In this document: positions 22,150 through 32,171 of the stretch, piece by piece | Numbering within the stretch: position 1 is the first letter of the stretch | How the letters are laid out: every line of letters starts with the position of its first letter | Source: Selaginella moellendorffii | Taxonomy: Eukaryota; Plantae; Lycopodiophyta | Reading direction: 5' to 3' | Length of the DNA stretch: 64,000 bases | Assembly (NCBI RefSeq): GCF_000143415.4 | Contig: NW_003314301.1 | Span: forward strand, 1,294,981-1,358,980 | The notes under the pieces: generated by a model | The model's database searches: none | Seen by the model: the letters and a program-made list of their open reading frames with translations, nothing else | Told to the model about the DNA's origin: nothing | Program-made: the position numbers and the translations under genes

Positions 22150-23235
22150 CCTTAGGGTTCAATGGATATATTTCATCCACTATATTGAAATTTCCATTCG
22201 GCACATGAGAGTGACTAGGGTTTTCACCAAGATGGCTATAGCTGCAGAACTAAATTTTTTGTAGGTTATGGTCTTGGCTTGTCACCATTCTGGGCTCATG
22301 AGCTTACATTCCAGAACTTAGTATGGTCTTCTTTCGATTTAACTAGTTCGAGGAGATTTATGATTTGTCTAATGGCACTATAGATTGAAGATATGAGTTT
22401 TTAACATTATACAAGAATGGCTTGTAATTTAAAATTAAACAAAGACAATGGATTTAAATATATAATACTAATTTACTACGCATTGCATGTAGCAATGTTT
22501 GGTTTACTTAATAGTAGTGTTATTCCTACTTATTAATCCAATTGATAAAATAAAAGGCATAATTATAAATATGTTTATAATTTATAAACACAAGATTAAT
22601 CTTACATGTTTGCTTAATAAAACCAAAAATTAAGTTTTATAAACAGAAAAAAATAAAATCTATTTTTATCCCAGCCCCATATCAGTAAAAAGCAATTCTT
22701 ATTTTGGAAAGAAAAGCGAAAGTCACTATGATGCATACACTACTTGGTTCATTCTAAGAAGCTTCTCTCTTTTTGAAATCAGCCCATCTTAAATACAAGA
22801 ATGATACAAAAGGACTGAAAGATAAATTTATTATATTTATTTTTATTTAAAATCACATAAAAGAGTAATGTCTATGAGAACTTATTTATTGCTCACTCTA
22901 CTTTATTAATCATCTACCTTACTTAAATATTATTTAAAGAAATATTAAAAATATAATTTGTGAGTATATAAAAATGTGCAAGTCAATTAGCCCAAAAAAC
23001 CTAACTTCTATATAGGAGCAAGTGGTCCAGATTAAAACTAATTTAATGCCTATAAAAATCCCACTATGCTAATTTTAGTGTATGACTGTTAATATTAGTA
23101 TACAACATTGTAATTGTACACTTAAACATCCATTCATCCTCTCCTCTTAGAAGAATGGAAGGTAGTTAAAGTTTTGGAGGATTAGTTTGCTAAACATCAT
23201 GCCAAACCTAGCATTGACAGCTTGTGGCAATCACA

Positions 23236-23822
23236 TGTAAGCTCATGGGCTTAGATTTTCCAAGAGGTCACTCAACCTAGTATTATTCAAACCTAAAAAT
23301 GTTTAACCTTAAGTATCCCAAGACCCTTAACTGATTGAAAAAAGGGTGCATTTTTATTTATAAACTCTTTCTCTTTATATTTAAACTTTATAGATCATCT
23401 TTTAAGTCATTCTCTTTGGTTACTTATAATTCACCATACTTCTTTATAAATTCACAGCCTCGTGAATAGAAGTTAACAGCCATAACTTTTCTGAGAGCTT
23501 CCCTATCTTTACACTCTACCCCTTCGATTGAGCCCAACCAGAGCAAACTAAACTTAGATGTTAATTAATATGTGGTGTGATTCCTTTATCCAACTAATAT
23601 AGTCGGACCCAAGACCGCTTTAATACCAAATGTAAGCTTGTGAGTATAGACTTCCCAGGAAGTCACCTAGCCCAGTACTATTCAAACCAATGATGCTTAA
23701 CCCCAAATATCCCAAAACCCTTAATCAATTGGAAAAAGGGTGCACTTTTATTCATGTGCCTTTTCTCTTTATATTTGAACCCTATAAATCGTCTCTCAAA
23801 TTATTATCTTTAGTTAATTATA
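23236..23822 (-). mobile_element. TRIM (terminal-repeat retrotransposon in miniature)
   Basis: LTRs 23236-23428 and 23631-23822, ~200-bp non-coding interior, degenerate Met-tRNA PBS (rc TGGTATTAAAGCGGTC), PPT-like end, TSD tcaca/ttaca. Confidence 0.8.
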
Positions 23823-25369
23823 TTACAAAGGTAAAGTCAACTCTGTTGGCAGTATTGAATCATGACCATATAAGAGTTTACATAGTAAATCACTAACATA
23901 ACTCTATCTTGTGATATGCACATACCAAAGAGATAGCAAATAACCATCTTAATTTGAATGTTGAAAATTTAGATACTTCACGATCATCTTTTTAAAGGTT
24001 TGAATGAGTTATTCCACTAAACCATATATCTATGGATGATAAGCACTTGTGAAAATATAGTGTATCTCCAACCAAGATGTTAAAATATGAAATACCTCAA
24101 TTATAAATTTGAAACTATTATCTGAGAGTATTTGCTTTGGATAAAATTGTTAGAACACCAATTATTGAGGTGGAATTACGCAACAACAATTACTGACACA
24201 CTAGCAAAAGTATTGACTTCTACACAACAAGTAAAGTAGTCGAAAACAACAATAACATACTCATTGCCAACAGTCCATTATGGAAGTCCTATTAGATCAA
24301 ATACCACAAACTCAAATGGATGAGAAATTATAATTGACTTTAACCATTCTTTTGTAGCACAAAAGGGAGTATTATGGGCTTGGCACTAAACACAACTACT
24401 CACATATCAGATAATATCACATTGCATCTATGGCCAATAGAAAAACTTATATAGTTTCTTAACCACACATTGATATAGCCTAGAATAGGAGAGTTATGAT
24501 AAATATGGAAAAAGCATGAAATAAATATTGAAAGTACCACCAGCTATAAATGATTATCAAAGATCAGTCCCAAGAAAGTTGTCTTTAAGGCAATATTGAG
24601 AATGTAAATGCTAAAATGGTAAATCATTAACAAGTAATACAGGATATTTAAACCCCTTACAAAACTTTTAAATCTATAGTTCAACTTTTTGAGCCTCACA
24701 AACCTTATTAAAAGAAGGTAAATCTTGTTTTGCACCTTATGGATACTAAATATTAAATATAGCAATTACCAACAGCATAAAATCTATAAGTGCTAGAATA
24801 ACAAACTTGTCAAGAACAAAAGAAGAGAGCAAAGAAGGGAGAAAAGCTTGAGAAAGGGGATTAACATCAACTATAGAACTTTCTAAATAATAAACAACCT
24901 TGAAATTATATATTTGAAGCTTTATAGCCCATTGAGCAGTATGACCAACAAAATTTTTCCGCTTCAATAATGAAGTAATTATAGCATGATCACATTTTAG
25001 CAACGTTCAAAAATTGTGCAAATACTTATGAAGCTTCTTGAAACCCCAAATTGCTATTAAACACTTATTCTCTATTGTGGAGTAGTTCACCTCTATTAGT
25101 TGTAATATATAGTTGATGTATGCAATACGATAATACTAACTAGGCACACTCGTACTTTCTTGTATTAAGACACCTCTATGATTGATATCTAAAACATCCA
25201 CACACAAAATAAAAGGTTGAGTGTAGTCAGGATGTGCCAAAACTAGAAAAGTTAATAACTCTTTGAGATCCATAAAGGCCTATTGTAAGGAACCAACTCG
25301 CCGAAGTGTCGTAGGCTAAAGGAGCCCCAAAACCATGACCAAAATGATAAAGAGTTCATCGGATGGGAC

Positions 25370-25640
25370 TAAGTCTAAGATCGAGTTCAAGACCGACTCT
25401 AAAACCGAGTTCGAGATAGAGTCCGGAATTGAGTCCGAGACCGACTCGGAGACTGAGTTCGAGACCGAGTTTGAGACGGAGTCCGAGATCCGAAATCGGG
25501 TCCAAGACCGAGTCCGAGATCGAGTCCAAGGTCGGGTCCAAAATCGGGTCCGAGATTGAGTCTGAGATCGAGTTCGAGACCGAATCCGAAGTCGGATCCG
25601 AGATTGAGTCCGAGATCGAGCCAAAGACTAAGTCCGAGTA
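25370..25640 (+). repeat. Degenerate hexamer tandem array (GAGTCC/GAGACC/GAGATC/GAGTTC) inside element B LTR
   Basis: Visible directly; also in LTR copies at ~31750-32020 and ~32460-32730, with a decayed relative at ~41890-42020. Confidence 0.9.
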
Positions 25641-26489
25641 CTAATACGGGTCAAGGGGTGAAAGCCCAAAGCGTGTGTCTCCCAGGGGGGGGGCGCTGCA
25701 GGGGGTTCCAAAAGTATAGTAGGGATAGTGAGGTCCAGGAACCAGTTTTGAAGGAACTCTCCAGTGGGGCTTCCAAACTGACTTGAGGTTGGGACTGGGA
25801 CCGAGGGGCCTTGGGTGGGAGTGAGCATGGACTTGGTTGGTGCCGGAGGGGCCATCCAAGGAAGTGCTCAAGAGCAGCTCTCACTCCCGAAAGGGAAACT
25901 AACTGCGGTGCTCCCGACTCATGTGGAGTGGTGCCCACTTGAGTACCATGCGGCTCATTGGTCCTTGCCCTTCCTAGAGGCTTGGACCTTCCCTTCGGGA
26001 TGGAAGTGGGGGGGTAAAGGTACCCATATTGGGCCGTTAGGCCACGATGTTTCGCCCCGGCGTCCCGAAACATGCGTTGCACCCGAGACTTGGGATTTAG
26101 AGGGTCCCATGATCAAGTCTTGTGGTACCAAGGGATGTTAGGAACCTGGAAGCTTGGTGTGCTTGGCTGCTTGTGCTTGTGGGGAGTGTAGCCGAACCTT
26201 AAGTCCAGTCTAACCCGGGGAGGGGGGATTGGGAGAGATTTGGGAATTCGTGGATGGATGGCTAATACTCCATTGCTCGTGTAGTGAGTAGCTGAAACCA
26301 AGTAGGACCAAGTAGGAGCTGGTACCACAGGCAGGAACCTTGGTAAGGGAACTTAGCAAAAGCCAAGGCAGTGTTGGACGGATAGACGAGGTAAGCTGGC
26401 AAATTAGAAAGGAAAAATTTGTAGCTTACAATTTGGTATCAGAGCCTTTTCCTCAGTTCTAGCGAAGGATAGAGGCGGATTGCTGGGAG

Positions 26490-29400
26490 ATGGCAAAGCC
26501 AGGGCGGAAGCAAACCAAGGCGGAGACGGAACCTCCTCTAGAGCTGGAGCTTCCGGTTGAACAAGAGGCTATGGATGAGGAATCCTTGCATGAGGAGGAC
26601 TTTAGTGAGGAAACTTCCAAACAGGAGTCCAATGGCGAGGTTTGGTCGTCCAAGGCTCGATTGGACGTGCTAGAAGGACAGTTGGCATAGACTAATGCCC
26701 TACTGAAGACTCTCGTACGCAAGCTAAAGCGTGACAAGAAGCAGAAGAAAAAGAGAAAGACTGCGGATGCTGGCAGTGCAGAAGGTGCGGACCCTTCAGC
26801 CGGGACTAAGGCAGAACCAAACAAGGTCAAATAGACCGAAGTAGAATCAATCCCTCAGGCAGTTCCCAAGTACAAACCAAAGCCCCCACCGGTCTTCAAG
26901 GGAGTAAATGACTATAAGGTGGTGGAGGATTGGTTTTACGATATGGAGGACTACTTTCGAGCGTTGCGATTACCGAGCTCGGAGAAGGTCCCATGTGCAA
27001 AACCATACTTGGCAGATAATGCCAAGTCTTGGTGGAGAACGACGGAGGCCAACGAAGGACCGGTGGCCACTTGGGACATGATGAAGGCGAGGATCCGCGC
27101 AATATACATTCCTCTGAATGCTACTCTGCATCTGAGAGATGAGCTGAGTAGGCTGAAGCAGACTGGAACCATCCAGGAATATGTGAATGGGTTCATGGCA
27201 AAGAGGATATTTGTCACGGGCATGGGGGATATGGATGCCTTCCATGCCTTCATATCAGGTTTGCAAACTTGGGCTCGCGGTGAGGTGATGCGCTGGAACC
27301 CGACCAACTACAAGGAAGCGTTAGATGCGGCCATCAAGGTGCATTTCAATGATAACTTGCGAAAGGGGAACGCAATGGGGTCGGGATCCATGTTTAGCAA
27401 AGGGGCCAAACCAAGGGGAACATATAACAAAGTTAAATTCAAGAAGAGTTTCTCTAAGAATTAGTCCTCGGGGTTGTAGAAGGGCAAATCCGGTGGCCAG
27501 CGAGCAAGTACGTGGGGGAGTCAAGCAAAAAGGGACAAACCCACGGATAAAAAGGTCAAGTCATTTAGCAGCGTGGGAAACAACGTATGCTACAACTGCG
27601 GTGAAGCGGGACACTTTTCGAGGAATGTCCCTACCCGAAGAAGGCCAGAGCCAATATGGCCATTAAGTCGGATGAAGTCCAAACTGAGGTATGTGATCCA
27701 GTCCCTAGCTCAAAGTTACTCATTACATGAGCAACTTTGGTAGAGAGTCATTCGCGACATCTACTAGCCCTCCGAGGGAAGCTCAGGGGTAGCTTTGTTA
27801 AGATCCTTATTGACACAGGTGCTTCGGATAATTTTGTGGCTGCAAACATAGTCTGGCAAGTCGGACTAACGGTGCAGCGGCTGGGCGAACCAAAGACTAT
27901 AGAGTTTGTTCAAGGTAGCCAAAGCACCGATGAGGTACTTCGAGAAGCGAGAGTCAAAGTAAGGACTTGGAAAGTAGACATGGACTTCACCGTGTTGGAC
28001 ATGGCGGGATTTGACGTGATCTTCGGGATGGATTGGTTTAATTGGTTTGTGGTAGCTCTACATGGACAAGGTAGGAACCTTGTGGTACTGGCTAATGCCT
28101 AAGGAAGAAGATCCAGGGTGGAGGCCCAGGATCTAAAGGTAGGGCAATGCAAGGCCAAAGATTCGTGCTTAAACATAGTGTTCACGAGAGGACAACTCAC
28201 TAAAGGGACCAAGGCGGCATTTTTGTGTTTACTCTCGGTGAGAAGTGACAAAAAGACAGGAATGGAAGAAGTATCTTTAATGATCTAATGGGTGTTGGAC
28301 CAATTCCAGGATACCATGCCAAATGAGCTACCGGCGGGGTTGCCCCCCACACGACCGATAGAATATAAGATTGAGCTGGTTGAGGGTGCTGAGGTGGTGG
28401 TTCGTCCCCCCTATCGTTTGAACGAAAAAGAACTTGCAGAGCTCAAGTGCCAACTAGAGGAGTTGGTGGACAAAGGGTATGTTAGGTTGAGCAAGTCGCC
28501 GTATGGGGCACTGGTGCTATTTGTGAAAAAGAAAGATGGATCTAGGCGTATGTGCATAGACTACCGGTTACTCAACAAATATACAAAGAAGAACAAGTAC
28601 CCTTTGCCAAGGATTGAGGACTTGTTCGATAGGTTGGGAAAGGCAAAATACTTCTCGAGGATTGACCTAAGGTCAGGATATTACCAGATCAGGGTAGCAG
28701 AGGAAGATGTCGAGAAGACAACCTGTCGAACGAGGTATAGGAGCTTCGAGTTTCTGGTGATGCCCTTCGGGCTATGCAATGCGCCGGCAACGTTTTCGGC
28801 GTTGATGAACCATATCTTTGTACCCTATCTAGATCACATTATGGTCGTCTATATTGATGACATCCTGATCTATAGTGAAACGTTAGAGGAGCATGCCAAA
28901 CACTTGACGAAAGTGTTTGAGAAACTAAGGGAACATCAGCTGTATGCTAAAGAGAGCAAATGTGACTTTGCTCAACAAAAGGTAAAGTTCCTCAAGCATG
29001 TGGTGGGCAAGGACAGGCTCAAGGTGGATCCTGAGAAGGTCCAAGCGATCCAGGATTGGGAGCGACCATCGAATGTACACGAGTTAAGGGCATTCCTGGG
29101 GCTATGCAACTACTATCGAAAGTTTATCAAACACTATTCGAGAGTAGCCCTGCCCTTAACGGACCAAACGGGAAAAGGGAAGATGGTATGGACAGCAGAA
29201 TGCGAGGCGACATTCGTCCACCTCAAAGGGAAGTTGAGGAAGGCTCCCGTGTTGGCGTTACCAGACTTTGGTAAGGACTTTGAGGTAGAAACAGATGCTT
29301 CAGACTTTGCGTTGGGCGCAGTTTTGAAGCAAGACAACCATCCAGTAGCGTTCTTCTCGAAGAAGTTGGACAAAGCTCAACGGAAGTGGCCTGCCCATGA

Positions 29401-31261
29401 GAAGGAATTGTTTGCGGTGGTCAAGGCGCTCAAGGAGTGGCGACACTACCTTGGGAGACACTTCAAGGTTTACACGGACAATGTGGCAACGAAACACTTC
29501 TTGTCACAGCCCGACCTGAGGGGAAAACAAGGTCAGTGGGCCAATGCTTTGGCCAAGTTTGATTGCGAGATTCTGTACAAGCCTGGGAAGAGCAACATCA
29601 TGGCAGATGCGCTAAGTCGAAAAGCGAGCTTGAAGTTGGCTATATCTAGCGCGACGGCAACCTTTTGGGATGATGTGCGAACCGTATACGAGAACGATGG
29701 TCTAGCACAATAAGTGTTTCTGAGGAATCTAGAGGCACGGGAAGCTCATCAGAGAGGTGAGCTGCCAATGGAAGAGAAAACGGGCTATGCGGAATGCAAT
29801 GAACTCATATATTACAAGCAAACGAGGGTGTATGTTCCAGAAGGGGAACTAAGGAAGGTAGCCTTAGAAGAGTGTCATGACGGACCTCTTGCGGAACATG
29901 GTGGAGTGCCCAAGACAATGGGCTTACTTAAGAGGAAGTACCACTGGCCAGATATGGCTAAGGATGTCCAAGACTATGTAAAGACATGTCCAACATGTCA
30001 GTAGATCAAAGCCGTGACTAAGGCTAGTGGGGGCTTGTTACAAAGCATCCCAATTCCAGATTGTCCGTGGAAATGTCTTACAATGGACTTCATCACGGGA
30101 CTTCCCCTAAGCGAGGGGTTCGATGCGATATTCGTGGTGGTGGATTGATTTTCGAAGATGGCACATTTCATACCCACCACAATGGAAGTGGATGCGGAAG
30201 GTGTGGCGAAGCTGTTCTTTGAACAAGTGGTTCGAGTGCGGGGAAGGCTAGAAGAGATTATCTCAGATCGAGATAAGATCTTCACCAGTAGGTTCTGGAG
30301 GACACTCCTAAAATAGTATCGCACCAAATTGAAATTCAACATAGCCTATCACCCACAGACAGGTAATGGGTATTAAGTCAAGATTGATGGCACTAACACT
30401 TCTTGACAGACGGACAAACAGAAAGGGTGAATAGGCAGCTGGAGGATTATTTGCGATGCTATGTCTCGAGAGACCAGACCGATTGGGTAAGTCATTTGGG
30501 ACTTGCAAAAATGTGTTATAACAACTCACCACATTCAAGCATTGGGGTGAGTCCATGGGAAGTCATCAATGGGCGAGCTATTGAAGGTCCTGTGGAACTC
30601 AGCGTGGCCAAGTATCATGGAGAGTTACCCGCAGTGGAGGCATTCACTGCAGAAAGACTCAACATTTGGAATCTAGTGAGGGATTCCTTGGAATGAGCTC
30701 AACAAAGGCAAACTAAGTACGCAAACCAGAAGCGCCGGGATGTAGAGTTCCAAGCTGGGGAGAAGGTGTGGCTAAACACCAAAAACCTCAGGCTACCAAG
30801 TGGGATCAGCCGGAAGTTGACCCAAAGGTAAAAATGCATGTATTCCTGTAAATGAATTGATCTTGAGTTCCTTAAGCAGGTTCGCGAGGCCTTACGAGAT
30901 TGAGGCTCAAATCGGTAAAGTGGCTTACCGTTTCTGACTTCCTCGAGAGATGGGGAAGATGCATCCCGTGTTCCACGTGAACTTACTCAAGCTGTATTTT
31001 GAGGATCCGCTTCACAAGGACCAAGTAAGACCTTTACTTGAGGTTATCCAAAGGGAAGAGGAATACAAAGTCGAAGCCATCCTCAATGCGCGCAAGAGCA
31101 AGCGACAAGGACGCGAGGTGAGAAAGTTCCATGTGAAGTGGAAAGGATTTCCACACTACGAAGCAACATGGGAACCGGAGGAAAACCTAGCGAACGCGCG
31201 AGATCTAGTGGAGGAATTTCTGCAAGGCAGAACTCTATGTACTTATGCAAAGTTCAATTAA
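26490..31261 (+). pseudogene. gag-pol of element B (Gag, PR, RT, RNaseH, spliced IN, chromodomain)
   Basis: One reading frame can be reconstructed after reading through premature stops, one 1-nt deletion in the zinc knuckle, and removing introns 30363-30409 and 30828-30879; RT-RH is an uninterrupted 473-aa ORF (28292-29713). Confidence 0.9.
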
Positions 31262-32071
31262 AAGTATCAATTTGAGAAGTTGAGTAATGGCATATGTTGG
31301 GACCCGAAGGCGCGCTGAAGGTAAGCTAATTAACATGGGTTAGCTAGGTCGACCAGGTGTAGGGAACTACGCCCGACTCCCTGCGGGGATGTCGAATCCG
31401 TAGACGTATTCTACGGAGGTTGGGTTCGAATCCCAACCCCCTAGTAAAGCAAGGCTGGGTTCAAGTCCCGACCCCATACTAGGGCATGGTGAGGTGAGTA
31501 TAGGGACACTTATATTCCATTGTCATGGGCTCTTGGCCGGGGAGGCTAACTTAGGCACACCGCTAAGTGGGGGGATGCCCTCGGAGACATGGTTAACAAG
31601 TCGTACGATAAAAAAGAGACGTTCGATGTGGGCATCGAACTTCTTCTATGGGTGGTGGAGTTGTAAGGAACCAACTCGCCGAGGTGTCGTAAGCTAAAGG
31701 AACCCCGAAAGCATGACCAAAATGATAAAGAGTTCATCGAATGGGACCAAGTCTAAGATCGAGTCCAAGACCGACTCTAAGACCGAGTTCGAGATAGAGT
31801 CCGGAATCAAGTCCAAGACCGACTCGGAGACTGAGTTCGAGACCGAGTTTGAGATGGAGTCCGAGATCCGAAATTAGGTTCGAGACCGAGTCCGAGGTCG
31901 AGTCCGAGGTCGGGTCCAAGATCAGGTCCGAGATCGAGTCTGAGATTGAGTTCGAGACCGAATCCGAAGTCAGATCCGAGATCGAGTCCGAGATCGAGCC
32001 AGAGACTAAATCTGAGTACTAATACGGGTCAAGGGGTGAAAGCCCAAAGCGTGCGTCTCCCGGGGGGGGGG

Positions 32072-32171
32072 NNNNNNNNNNNNNNNNNNNNNNNNNNNNN
32101 NNNNNNNNNNNNNNNNNNNNNNNNNNNNNNNNNNNNNNNNNNNNNNNNNNNNNNNNNNNNNNNNNNNNNNN
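32072..32171. other. Assembly gap (100 N) directly after a poly-G run
   Basis: 100 Ns; the following 32172-32375 nearly duplicates 25080-25283. Confidence 0.99.

Noticed and set aside
25316-26328. ORFs inside element B LTRs (and duplicates at 32408-33393)
   Set aside because: Low-complexity products of hexamer repeats or GC-rich LTR sequence.
31224-31356. Further introns after the chromodomain (e.g. GTAAGC...CCAG 31321-31356)
   Set aside because: No conserved protein motif is available to test the junctions, so it is unsupported.
31418-31473. tRNA genes
   Set aside because: Only T-arm-like hairpins; no D arm, anticodon arm or acceptor stem.
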